Positions 39,745-52,314 of a DNA stretch of 64,000 nucleotides are shown piece by piece; position 1 is the first letter of the stretch, and the number at the start of each line of letters is the position of its first letter. The notes below the pieces were generated by a model, which was not told the origin of the DNA, did not search any database, and saw only the letters and a program-made list of their open reading frames with translations. The translations under genes and the position numbers were made by a program. Source of the DNA: Octopus sinensis (Eukaryota); the NCBI RefSeq assembly GCF_006345805.1, contig NW_021831838.1:1-64000 (forward strand), in the 5' to 3' direction.

Positions 39745-40450
39745 GCACATTGGGTAGCAAGCTGACGCTACAGGTTTCTGTTGGCTCCGGCTTTCTCTAT
39801 GTTCGTCTATGTGATATTGACTTGTTTCAAGTCGGTTATGAATGTTTTGCACGATATAGTTTTCGAATTCCCTCTCTTTCTATTTCCCATCTAGTGGTAT
39901 TCAATTGAAAACTATCTTAGAATTCGACTGACCTACTAGTTTTACTCTAGGTTCTGTGATGATAATATCGTGTTATATCGCAATACTACACAGTGGCTAT
40001 CTGAGCTACGAAATCCTCTTCGCCACTGTTATATCTCACGTTCGGATGACCTCTACTCAACTCCTCGACGTCTAGACTTCTCCCTCTATGTCTACGTATT
40101 GGGCTAGCCTACTTCATCGTCTGGGGGTGGGGGCGTCCACACAACATATCGCTAAGTGTTCTGGTGTTGGCTCTCTTTAGAACGTTTTCATTTATTGTGT
40201 GGTTTTGCCTGTACTTTCTCAGAATTTTTATCAAGCATTTTGGTGGATCAGATCTAGCTTTCTGTCGATTTTCACAGTTCTTTTCCATGTCTCACTTTCA
40301 TTGAGAACACTTCATAGAACTTAAGCTATCATAGAGTTGGATCTTCGTGTGTAAATCGATGTGTAAATCGAGATTTAGGACAGCGTTCATTCTCTAGAAT
40401 ACGGTCGGTCGCGGGTTTGTCAATTCCATGGTTGGCATTAATTTCAGTAT
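39745..40450 (-). mobile_element. RTE-clade LINE remnants (two 3' fragments)
   Basis: Minus translation SETWKRTVKIDRKLDLIHQKCLIKILRKYRQNHTINENVLKRANTRTLSDM (about 40150-40320) and DLKQVNIT*TNIEKAGANRNL*RQLATQCA (about 39745-39835), typical RTE ORF C-termini. Confidence 0.75.
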
Positions 40451-40946
40451 CACCATTTTTTGCTGATGACGCCATCTAGATATTTTGCAATCTTGATTTT
40501 TTTTTTGCTGATTGATCTTCATCATCGTTTTTGCTTTAAAGTCGTCAGTAAATAAAACATTTATTGACGTTGTGAATGGATATACCGGATTTTTTTTTGT
40601 ATTCAGCAGGACATTTAATTCAGTGCCCCCATCTCATGCAGCCGCTACAAACCGTGTCGTGCTCGTTTTCACCGTCGTCCTGACCACCACCACCACCACC
40701 ACCACCACTACAGTTATTCTAATTGGCTGCTATTTTTGTCAGAATCTAGCTTAGCATGCCCCAATACGCCAATACCCTTTCCATGCTGGGTTTCCCTCAA
40801 GCACTCACAGATGACACGGAGCCAAATATGCCTCCAGTACTTTGTCGTCCATTCATTCATTCATTCATTCATTCAGTCGGTCAGTAATTTCTTTGTTTCT
40901 GTCTTCCTTTTTCTCACACATATTTATATAGGTATATATACGTGTG

Positions 40947-40986
<40 letters not shown>

Positions 40987-40987
40987 A

Positions 40988-41018
<31 letters not shown>

Positions 41019-41247
41019 CATATATATATACGTAGGACGCAGAGTGAAACCGCTTGGTACAAATTGACCTCTATTGCTTATAGCAGTGCTTGGAAGTAAA
41101 GTGTGTAGAGTGTGGTCGTCTCACCACAACACAGAGGTTCTATCAACGTCCATGGCAGAAAAAATACGTGTGTGTGTATGTGTGTGTGTGTGTGTGTGTG
41201 CTTGCGCGCGCAGAAAGAGGCACGGCTTGAAGGTTATTATGGCCAAG

Positions 41248-41506
41248 AATCTTTCCAAAAATGAAATCCCACCTGGAAGAAACAAGATTTCAAGTCGTTG
41301 AGGAAATCGAAGTGACTGCGACGAGGCAGTTGCACGCTATCCTCAAAAAGGAGTTCCAAGAATGCTTCCACCAATGGAAACAACGCTGGATAAAGCGTGT
41401 GGCTCCAGAGGGGGATTACTTAGAAGGAGCTTAAATGCAAATTTGACATGTGTGGTAGTTTTCCTTTCATAGCACCAGTCCCGATATTTTTTGATCAGAC
41501 TTCGTA
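41248..41506 (+). mobile_element. Mariner transposon 3' end (transposase C-terminus and TIR)
   Basis: FPKMKSHLEETRFQVVEEI...EFQECFHQWKQRWIKRVAPEGDYLEGA* (stop 41432-41434) then TIR CCAGTCCCGATATTTTTTGATCAGACTTCGTA. Confidence 0.85.
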
Positions 41507-41809
41507 TTAAGCAAAGTGGATTCGTACATATCTTGTTGTTCCATTGATTCTGGGAATAAAGCCGAACCTGCATTTTGGGCACTGTATATGTAACCCCACT
41601 CCCAGTGACCCATGGATGTCGCCTTCATTTCCTTGAATCTTTTGTTCAAGAGAGCGTGTCTATAATTTGCATCCCAGATAACAATGTCGAGCCAATTGAG
41701 TTTCAAATTGATGTTTTTTACCTTTCATTTTCCAAATAAACCAATCTTCTTTCGATCCATTATATCTTAATTATTAATTATTTTTTATCTTCCACTTTTC
41801 TTAGCTATT

Positions 41810-42165
41810 GGACTGTGGCCATGTTGGGGCACCGCTTCGAAGGGTTTTAGTCGAGCGATTTGCCCCAGTACTAATATATTTTTAAAGACTGATACCTCTT
41901 CTATCGATCACTATGTCAAACCGCTAAGTTACAGGTACATAAACAAGGCACATCGGTTGTCAAGTAGTGGTAACGGATAAACACTAAGACACACACACAC
42001 TACACACACACATAGATACAACAGGTTTCTTACAGTTTCCGTCTACTAATTCCATTCGTAAGTTTTTGGTCGGCCCGAGGCTATAGTAGAAAAGAGACCT
42101 ACTCAAGGTGTCACGCAGTGGGACTGTGAACCCAAGAACATGTGGTTGCGAAGCTTCTTACTACA
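41810..42165 (-). mobile_element. SINE family A
   Basis: Reverse complement of the family A tail (GACTGTGGCCATGTTGGGGCACCGC) and head (CGCAGTGGGACTGTGAACCC). Confidence 0.75.
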
Positions 42166-43045
42166 TGCTTCATAGAGAGGTAATATCTTGAGATATATTT
42201 TCGTAGCCAGTTGTGATACCTGGCTAATGTTAATAACTTTGGCTTTGTTTAACCTGCATCTGTTTGTTGTCAGTTGATGTTGTCTCTTGGACTAAGGGTA
42301 CTTCGCTGGGTTGTTGGGTATGTAAGTGACAAATTAAGCGGAGTAAAAAAAAAGGGACAAAATTAAACGGGGCAACGCAGGGATGTGGTTGGTGGGGTCA
42401 AACCCATTCCGCGTCCATTCATTTTTTTGTTTCTAATTTCTCATCCGAAATTATAATATATTTATTCATGTAATATCATTCGATAAGTCCCCAGTTCCAT
42501 TTGTTCCCTGTACTGTCCCTTCTTTGTTTAAGCCCTGTGGTTTTAATAAAATCATCGTTGGGTTTCTTGGTTTTGGATTGTTTGGGTTTTAATATTGCTT
42601 ATTCTTTCCGAGGTCAGTTTTGCGTGTGTTTGTATGTGTGTTGTCCTGTGTGTGTATGTGTGTGTATGCGCGCGCGCGTGTGAGTGAATGTGCGTCAGTG
42701 TGTATGTGAGTGAGTATGTGTCAGTGTGTGTGTGTGTAAGAGCGTGTACATGAGTGTTTATGTACGAGAGTGTTTATGTATGAATGTGCATATGCATGTG
42801 AGAGTGTGCGTCAGTGTCTATGTGTGTGTGAAAGAGTGTGTGTGAGAGCGTGTACAGGAGTGTTTATATATGAGAGGATATGTGTATGAGTGTATGAGTG
42901 CGTGTGTGTTTGTATGTGTGTATGAGTGTGTGTATGAATGTGTGTGTGTGTACCTGTATGTGGATGTGACAGAAAGTGTGTGTTCGTATGTGAGAGTATG
43001 TGTGTGAAGTTTTCTCGTGTGACCACTCGTATGAGCGCCTGTATG

Positions 43046-43079
<34 letters not shown>

Positions 43080-44279
43080 TGTATGTATGTATGTGTATGC
43101 ATGTATGTATATGTGTATGTATGTATGTATGTATGTATGTATGTATGTATGTGTGTGTGTGCGTGCGTCCGTGTGTGTGCGTGCGTGTGTGTTTGGATAC
43201 GAGAATAAATATAAATGCGTACCCTTGTGTATGCATGATTGTATTCGTCACGTAAACGAATGCGTATGCGTGTATATATACATATATATACACATATACG
43301 TATGCATGTGTGTGTGTGTGTGTGTATGCGAGGGTGTGTGTGTGTGTGTTTATTTGAACATGTGTATGTTTGTGTCTCTTCTTTTGAAAGAGAGAAATAG
43401 AAAGAGAGAGAGAGAGAGGGGAGAGAGAGAGAGAGAGGGGAGAGAGAGAGAGAGGGAGAGAGAGAGAGAGGGAGAGAAAGATCAAGCAAGGAAAAAAAAA
43501 CAAACAAACGAAACAAAAATGGAAGAACAGAACAAACAGACATACGTCATGTTTCCGCGCGTGTGTGCATTGCCGCTTGTGTTGTTATGTGTGAGTATGT
43601 GTTTTCAGTTGTATTCTAAGCGACAGATGGATGACGAAATGTAAATAGGATCCACATCATATTGATTGTATCCATGGTAACAAGAGAGACAGAAAGGTGT
43701 GATTTTTAAAAGGACAGGTAGGCGTGCATATACATTTATTTATTTACTTTGGCAATAGTCGTCGTTGATGCTGTTGTTGCAATTGCTGTTGTTGTTGTTG
43801 TTGCTAGTTATTTTTCCTGTCTTTGCCTATTTTATTTTTTACTATTTATTATTTGCTGGCGGTTGTTGTTATTTTTGTTGTTGTTGCTGTTGTTGTTGTT
43901 GTTGTTGTTGTTGTACATCTCCAAGTGAATCTAGAGCAAGCAGACTTATGATTGAAGGCATTCTGCACATGACTACCCTGTCTGATTAGTTGTGTGTGTG
44001 TGTTTTATTTGCACACGTTTTTTTTTTACCCCATACGTAGATAGACGAAACAGCTTTTAACTGACTGCGAAGATTGAGAGAAAATGCTGCAAAATTAACT
44101 GTAAAAAAAGATTTGTCAATGCTTTAATGATCGGCAATAAAAACTGCGTAAATATTATAACAGAAAATAAGCAAGCAGAATAATCGAGATGCCATTAGAT
44201 TGACACTGACTGATCATCTTATGATATCAAAAGGAACTACAGCAAAGTCAGTAGCTACTGAGATTAGCTGAAAAGACGC

Positions 44280-44600
44280 TTTAACTCCATCGGTTACAAT
44301 GGCGATTGTTCCAGATGATCTGATCAACGGAACAGTCTGCTCGTCAAATTAACGAGCAAGTGGTTGAGCACTCCAGAGACACGCATACCCTTAATGTAGT
44401 TCCCAGAGATATTCAGCGTGATTACAGAATGTGACAAGACAGGCACTTTGAAATCCAGGTACATCTCATTTCTTGACAGCTGAGTGGACTGGAGAAATAA
44501 AATGCCTTGCTCAAGGATATAACGCAGCGCCGGGAATTGAACTTACGAATTTACGATTTTGAGCCGACTATCCTAACCATTAGGCCATGCGCCTTCATTG
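44280..44600 (-). mobile_element. tRNA-derived SINE with a conserved central domain
   Basis: Minus strand GAAGGCGCATGGCCTAATGGTTAGG (A-box)...GTTCAATTCCC (B-box); central CAGCTGAGTGGACTGGAG..AAATAAAATGCCTTGCTCAAGG resembles CORE-type SINE domains. Confidence 0.65.
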
Positions 44601-45056
44601 AAAATATATAGTGCAGATTTTTTAGCTTGGTGATCAGAGTAATTGGACACATGACCATATCAAGGTTTCAATTCACAGGCGAGGAAGTGCATTGTGTTCT
44701 TAAACAAGGCATTTAATTTCACATTGTTCCAGTCTACTCAGGTAAAAAACGAATACCAGTAATAGCTGAGGGATAACCTGTGTGAGATTGGAGCTTCGTT
44801 CTGTGGTGGTAGTATTGTATTGTCAGGCATTTGTATTTCAAGGGAAACTGTAGGCTCATGACAGACCTAAGATCCAATATACTAATGTGTGTGCAAGTTT
44901 GTATGCACACACACAATGTATTGTCCCGTGATGGTAAGATCAACAAAAAAAGATTCCATCTGGTGAGAGATAAATATTATTTGATAGACACAACACATGT
45001 TATCATGTTATCATGTGCTACTAATAGTTTCAATTTTTAGTTCGTTATATGTGGTT

Positions 45057-45113
45057 TGTGCCTGATGAACATGTCTGAGTTATTTCTCAACTTATGAAAC
45101 TGTTAGTAGCACA
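45057..45113 (+). ncRNA. Type I hammerhead ribozyme motif with fully intact core
   Basis: tgtgc-CTGATGA-ACATGTCTGAG-TTATTT-CTCAACTTAT-GAAAC-TGTTA-GTA^gcaca; 5-bp stem I, stem III ACT/AGT with 3-nt loop, partly mismatched stem II. Confidence 0.75.
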
Positions 45114-45229
45114 TACCAACATGTATTATGTCTATTAAATAATATGTGTGTATGTGTGTGTGTGTTTATATATATATATATATCCGGGATACTCTTAAGA
45201 TCAGGGACATTTATAGTACCACTCGGGTC

Positions 45230-45279
<50 letters not shown>

Positions 45280-45282
<3 letters not shown>

Positions 45283-45514
45283 TGACGACAACGTAACCTT
45301 CATTTAACTAAGATATCTTCAGCTTCATGAGGTAGCTTACCCCTCGTTGAGTAATTACTACTTCCAAATATATACATCCAAAACGGGTGAAATCCAGAGG
45401 CTACATGTTTCCTAGCTAGCAGAAGCCTGGAAGTAGTAATTACTCAACGAGGGGTAAGCTACCTCATGAAGCTGAAGATATCTTAGTTAAATGAAGGTTA
45501 CGCTGTCGTCAAGA
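45280..45514. repeat. Inverted repeat: 87-bp arms, 61-nt spacer
   Basis: 45280-45366 is the reverse complement of 45428-45514 with one mismatch; begins immediately after (TA)n. Confidence 0.95.
45399..45473 (-). ncRNA. Degenerate hammerhead motif, same repeat family as 4109-4197
   Basis: Minus strand: agc-TTCATGA-GGTAGCT...GCTAGCTAG-GAAAC-AT-GTA^gcc; surrounding 45367-45540 aligns with about 4048-4215. Confidence 0.45.
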
Positions 45515-46079
45515 GATCCCAAGTTAACTCGCAGAAGATTTGATCGAGCACCTGGATCCTTGGATCTTACCATTACATATCGTTATAGATATAACGAGCA
45601 AAACGCCCCTCGTCCAATGGACGGTACTGAGTTGTCAAACATTTAAACCAAATATCCTCAAAACAACTTGTCCGACCATCCCATAGGCCTCCCCTTTGAG
45701 AAACACTGATTTAACCTAAATTTGAGACACCAGCAAAAGAAGAAATAAATATAGACTTTTTTCTATTCCAAAGAAAAACGATTTTATTCACACAAATATG
45801 CAACCGAAGAGTTTAAAGTATTAGTAATGATAAGGCTGTTGACTGGGAGAACACAAACATGGTTTAAACAGTAAACTTGGCAGGAAAGAAACGTGCCTTT
45901 AAGCAGTACGAAAACAACAAAAAAGTTGCAGTTATGTACAGGTTGACGGAAGAAAAGCAGGACAAAAACGATGCAAGCAAATGAGTTACCTGGAGGTAAA
46001 TCTAGATGGAAAAGCATGATGATTTTTTTGCGCAAACTGCACGTGCATTTTTCTCGCGTACGCGTAGTATCGATCGCAA

Positions 46080-46259
46080 AAGCTTTATCGATCGCATTCT
46101 TACCTTGAATCGATTTTTGTCATTTTTTCAAGACTTATACATGCCCTGATACCGTCGGTATCTGCATATAAAATTTGAGCGCAATCGGATGGAGAATGCC
46201 AGAGATCCTAGAAGACACACACACACACAGACAGACAGATCAGATTTTATATAATAGAT

Positions 46260-46260
<1 letters not shown>
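46080..46260 (+). mobile_element. Helitron/Helentron-type non-autonomous terminus
   Basis: AAATTTGAGCGCAATCGGATG...(CA)n-CAGACAGAC-...TTTTATATAATAGAT, the layout of DINE-1/HINE-like ends. Confidence 0.5.
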
Positions 46261-46302
<42 letters not shown>

Positions 46303-47809
46303 GTGTGTTAAACGGAGAATATCAAGAAACATTTTTAGAAGAGAAAACGTTTTTTTTTTATGGCCACAAGTATACAGGAGACGAACATCAGAAAACTGGT
46401 CCAAAGATACATGGAGTGGATGAGACAAAGATTTTCATGTTTGTAAGTGTTAGATTGAAATATGTTAGAGGCAGGCCATACGAAGGAAGACATGTTGCCT
46501 GAGTGATAATTCTCGCAATCCACCTACAGGAAAAGCATTATGCTTTTCCTGTAATATAAACACAAAAGTTTGCAATTATTTCCGGAGAGAAAATCTAACA
46601 CGATAAATCTCGTCTGCTAGCTTAATGTATATCTACATCTTTATATTACACATTTTTTCTGTATTAGTTAGGAGTTTAACGGAATATGGGCTGATTTTTA
46701 CACATTTTAATTAAAACATCTTTTTGCATGTTGTTTCCTGCAAACTTAGTCAGATACTAACATTTTGATCAATCTTGCAAAATTAATTGTATAAATTCTC
46801 TCTGAATTACATTAATGAAATCACTCCTCACTATTCCTCCCTATCTGCCAGTCTTTCCTCGTAATATCAATACAGTGATGTTCGTGTTTTAATTATCTCC
46901 ACAGCCAATATTTATTTACAAAAATGTAAAGAAAAAGGAAGAGAAGTAACCTTCCTGCTGCCAAATTACTAATCGAGTACATCTTAACATGTTTTATCTA
47001 CATCTGTCGGTATCTATCAATCGTAAATACATATGTTTGCCTCTCTCTGTCGCTATCTATCACTGGAAGTCCATCAGTCTGTCTCCCGATTGGTGTGTTG
47101 ATTGGCTTTTCTGATCGTCTGCCTCCCTGTACTTTGCTTGATGTTAGAAGGTACTTCCTGGAGTGTGAATAGGTAGGTATTGCTTGCGATTAAAGGCTGG
47201 GTGCACTTGGATAACTAAAGTGGAGTTACGAATAAAGATGAAAAAAAATGATGGTGATGATATCGATGATAAAGGTCATAATGATGATGATGATGTAGAT
47301 GCTCTTGATGTTGAGGAGGAAAAGTATAGTTGCCATAAGACCATGTAAACAAAAGAATTTAAAGACTGTTTTTATCACATTTGTATGTGGAATGTTAGGT
47401 TGTCATCTATTATTTAAATCTTTGATCCAAGAGTTGTTTGTCTTTACCAGTCTGATCCGCTTCGCTTGTTCCAAGATCGCCTACGGGCAATATAAGCTAG
47501 TATTGTAGGATAACAAAACACACACACACACAAAGAAAGGCTAAGTTCACCTCGATGAGAGTTGAACTTTGAGCCACAAAATCAAGTATTCTGGGCTGAA
47601 TTCTTAACCACTCTGATACTTCGCTGCCTTGTTACATACGCTTTCTTATCAATAAGAGTGTTGTAGGCTGTGATTAAAAAGCTTACTTTGCAATAACATG
47701 GTTTCAGTTTCAATCTCGCTGTGCGGCTAACCAAAGCCTTGTGAGTCAAATTTCTTTGACGGAAACTGTGTGGAAGCCCGCTGTATATATGTATATGCAT
47801 ATATATATA

Positions 47810-47857
<48 letters not shown>

Positions 47858-47965
47858 ATATATAATATATATATATTATGTGTGTGTGTGTATATGTGAC
47901 TGCGTGTGTACCGTTGGCGATTTTTTTCCTCCGTCTTGCCTTCCTTGGATCTTTCCTGTTCCTAT

Positions 47966-48000
47966 GTTTCTGACGAAGAGCTCCGCTCGAAACGTTAAAT
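47966..48000 (+). ncRNA. Minimal hammerhead ribozyme motif inside a ~200-bp repeat (47900-48102)
   Basis: gttt-CTGACGA-AGAGC-TCC-GCTC-GAAAC-GTT^aaat; intact cores, loopless palindromic stem III (ACGT) as in dimeric Penelope-type HHRs. Confidence 0.75.
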
Positions 48001-48265
48001 CCTCATTCTTTCTTTCCTTTCCTGAGCGTCCAATAACATTATACTTGTTCCACGTCCCCACGTTGTTGTGTTTTCTCTTTGTGTTTTCATGTTTGGATTA
48101 ACACTATATATATATATCACGGCCAACAAAACTCTTATTAATAAGAAAACGTGTGTAACAAGGTAGCGAATTTTTCAGAGTGGTTAGAAATTCGACCCGA
48201 ATACTTGATTTGGTGACTCAAAGTCCAAATCTCACCGAGGTCAACTTAGCCTTTCTATTTTCTTT

Positions 48266-48307
<42 letters not shown>

Positions 48308-48334
48308 GCTATGTTACAATTCTAGCTTATTTTG

Positions 48335-48823
48335 CTCGTAGGCGGGGTTGATTTGTCGTGGATAATTTCGTATGCAGAACCATTACTAATTTGCAGAGGA
48401 CATGCTCTTCGTCGATATTCACCCGACGGTTCATCAGTACCATTTCTGAAGCCGGTTGAATTATCACGTCAGTGGTGGAGGTTGAGGGCGTTCTGCTTCC
48501 TCTTCATGATTCACGCTCTACTCATACACACTTCTACGCAGTAGAGCCCTGTCCTCGTATTGTTGTGAAAGTCTGCGAAGAATTTCAGCCACCGAAACAC
48601 CTTCAGTCCAAGGAAATCGGATCACTGATCTCTGTTCTTCGTTGGTGCACACTGACAGCTTTACTCTGCAGCACCAGAAAGAAACTGAAGTAATCAATGT
48701 CAAATCTCGTTTGCATAACTACAAGAGTACCGCTTTTTAGCATATAACCGCCGAAGGCAGTGCGGCCAAGCTAAAGAAGGTTTTGGCGAAGGTGTGGTTA
48801 ATATTAACATACACTCCCTTGTA
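48335..48823 (-). mobile_element. Mariner transposon 5' fragment (HTH region)
   Basis: EQRSVIRFPWTEGVSVAEILRRLSQQYEDRALLRRSVYE, then EMVLMNRRVNIDE and SAYEIIHD in shifted frames; typical mariner N-terminus. Confidence 0.8.
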
Positions 48824-49327
48824 GAATGTCACTGACTTTTCAGTCATTGTTATCGCAAATAGCCTGCAAACTCACTAAAAATAATTATTGGCGACGGAAG
48901 CATTATTAGTATCAGAGGGCAATCTTTATACCCAACGTAACGTGGACGTCTTGTTAGACTGCCGAATATTGCTGCATTCGCCTTGAGAGGTTCTCTTCTA
49001 TACAGGCATGGTGCATAAAAACACATACATTTATCGTAGCAGACGAGATATAGGCATGTATATATTCATCTGTATACATATACACGACTACATGCCTATA
49101 CAAATATAGCCCTTCTAATAGAAAAGTTATATATATATATATGTGTGTGTGTGTGCGTGCGTGTGCGTGCGCGCGCTTGTGTGTGTTTGTGTGTGTGTGC
49201 GCATGTATGTATGTATATATATATATTCATATAAAAGAGTATAATATAAAAATAAATAGGTATTTAATTATCATATCCGTTATCTTTATTCTGTAATTAT
49301 CTATTATTGTAATCATCAATAATTGTC

Positions 49328-49390
<63 letters not shown>

Positions 49391-50220
49391 TATTATTATT
49401 AATTGTAACCTTTTATTTATTATTTAATAAGGTTAATTCCTTTTATTATAAAGAATAAACTGATATTTCATTGTCTTCTCCGTAATTTCTATTTTTTAAT
49501 TATCCAGTAAGATCCTCGGTGATTGTATTTGTAGTTGAATATAATAATTCCTCAGTTATTATAAAAGAAGGTTAATTCCTATAGAAGGGTTTATTATATC
49601 AAATAGATAAACAGGTAACTAATTATTGGGACGTAAAGTATTCAAGTTTCTATAAAGCATTACGTAGCTTTTATTCTTTAGTTATCTATTAAGCATAACG
49701 TAGAATTTTTGCCTGCACTTTTTGTTCTTTAGATATTCAGTGACGTCACCAATATTAGATAAATATACTCGTCTTCTATGTAAGGTTTTTTAAAATTTTT
49801 ATTTTTATGTAGATTTCAAATTATTGAAAAATATGGAATTAATATGGCAGTTTTTATTTAAACATAAACAGTATGAGAGATCACTATAAGGATCTCTGGT
49901 ATGCTAAAAATTGACGTCAAACCGTCTTACCACTAAATCTATGTTCTCAACTTAGTAATACGTTGAACTAAATTAGTTATTCAATGACGACATCACTCTT
50001 GGTTGAATGAATGTCTAAAGTTAAAGTTGGTTTGGCGCTTCTTTTTGTCAGCGTTTTTAACAGCTACAAGTCTTTCAGATGTTCCGTTAAAATTTCACCA
50101 AAATGGATTACCTTGATAATGTTGTGTTGACATAAATTTTCATACATATTACCAATTTCAATAATATGTAACACACACACACATATATATATATATGTGT
50201 GCGTGTGTGTGAATTATATA

Positions 50221-50275
<55 letters not shown>

Positions 50276-50625
50276 TGTATGTATGTATGTAGATGTTAAC
50301 GCAACTGAAAAGCTGTTGGATTCTTAAGGTGTCATCTAAAATAAAGATATGATTTTCTTAGTATTGATTGTTGTAAATATTTCGAATTTCATAAAATTCT
50401 GCACAAGGATTGTTGGATTTACCTGTCATACATGAGGATTTACTGGTATCTACTCGTTGCAAATTTAACCTTATTCCTTACACTGAGTGCTTAGTTGATA
50501 TATGCCAGCATTATTAAATCCCATTTTTTCTTTTATATACATACATACAGGCATACATTCACTCATATATATGAATATGGTATGTGTCTATCTATATATC
50601 TATCTATCCATCCATATATATATAT

Positions 50626-50694
<69 letters not shown>

Positions 50695-50802
50695 CATACA
50701 TAAGTAAGCAGAATTCATGAAAACAAAACCCCAAAAGACGAAGACAGGTGGTGTAGAAAACAACAGATGTATTAGTATAACGCTCGGGAAATTGAAAAAG
50801 TT

Positions 50803-50837
50803 TTTAACGTTTCGAGCCTACGCTCTTCCACAGAAAG
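50803..50837 (-). ncRNA. Minimal hammerhead motif with a variant core, in a repeat at about 50725-50910
   Basis: Minus strand: ttt-CTGTGGA-AGAGC-GTAG-GCTC-GAAAC-GTT^aaa; A6 replaced by T; flanking ACGCTCGGGAA shared with the family. Confidence 0.55.
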
Positions 50838-50905
50838 AAACACAAAGAAACAAGGAGAGAAAAAAATGTGTGCAGTGGCTAGCGAGCCGGCTGTCTATCT
50901 ACTCC

Positions 50906-50970
<65 letters not shown>

Positions 50971-51076
50971 CCACTTATATGCATAAATATACACAGATAC
51001 ATATCTGTCTATCTATATTCTACCTACCTATCAGTCTGTTTGTTTGTCTGACTGTCTGTCCGTCCGTACATCTGTC

Positions 51077-51111
<35 letters not shown>

Positions 51112-51164
51112 TATATGTATGTATGTATGTGTGGTGTGTGTGTGTGTATTTAGTATATATGACG

Positions 51165-51458
51165 GACTCTCTTGTCGAAGACGACGTATGAATGTTCAGT
51201 TTTTTTGCCGAACGCCCTGCACAAATGATTTGTTTATAGTGATCGAATGTTCCTGCCGCACATTAGCTTACTCACTATCAAATCGACGTTGTATGAACAG
51301 GTGCACGGTGTGCCTTGCGTCAAGTGACGAAGTGATCGCTGAGCAACGTGAGATGAAGTGTTTTGCTCAAGAAGACAACGCACCAACCAGTCTAGGAACT
51401 GAAATCACGATTGCGAGATCGGAAACGCATCACACTAACAACTAAGCCAAGCGCCTTC
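51165..51458 (-). mobile_element. SINE family C
   Basis: Minus strand GAAGGCGCTTGGCTTAGTTGTTAG (A-box)...GTGATTTCAGTTCC; homologous to 15010-15230. Confidence 0.75.
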
Positions 51459-51459
51459 A

Positions 51460-51551
<92 letters not shown>

Positions 51552-51560
51552 CATCTATCC

Positions 51561-51619
<59 letters not shown>

Positions 51620-51648
51620 CATCTATCTATCTATCTATCTATCCATCC

Positions 51649-51741
<93 letters not shown>

Positions 51742-51750
51742 CCTATCTAT
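51460..51750 (+). repeat. (TATC)n microsatellite
   Basis: Tandem tetranucleotide repeat seen directly. Confidence 0.95.
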
Positions 51751-51945
51751 TCACACACACACATACATACAGGACGTCACCAACAGCAAACAACATGAAA
51801 TATAAAAAAAAACAAATGAGTTACATATGCAAATAATGAGAGAAAAATGGAAAACAGTACAAATAATACAAAGAATACAAAGAACGACCTTTCATCAGTT
51901 GTATATTATATATACATATAAAATATATATATATATAATATATAT

Positions 51946-52001
<56 letters not shown>

Positions 52002-52134
52002 ATATATATATATATAATATATTGGTAAAAACGGTAAGATAACAAAAGAAAGACACCACGATATTATATAAATAGAGGAAATTTATCTATAAAATAATAT
52101 GTTACAATACTGAGTAATTGTAACATTATTTTAT

Positions 52135-52213
<79 letters not shown>

Positions 52214-52314
52214 CATAAATTATACAGACAGACAAGAACAGAAACACCACAAGACGACACAAGAACCAATGACGGGACATCGAAGCATATATCAAGAACC
52301 AGATCATCTTAGCA

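Noticed and set aside
48410-48445. CTGATGA-ACC-GTCG-GGT-GAAT on the minus strand
   Set aside because: Lies within mariner transposase coding sequence (MVLMNRRVNID); no GAAA, stem III or stem I.
51879-51902. CTGATGA-AAGG-TCGT-TCTT (minus), with a related CTGACGA copy at 57422-57445
   Set aside because: Core and a stem II-like hairpin are present, but both copies continue TGTATT rather than GAAA, so no hammerhead can be drawn.
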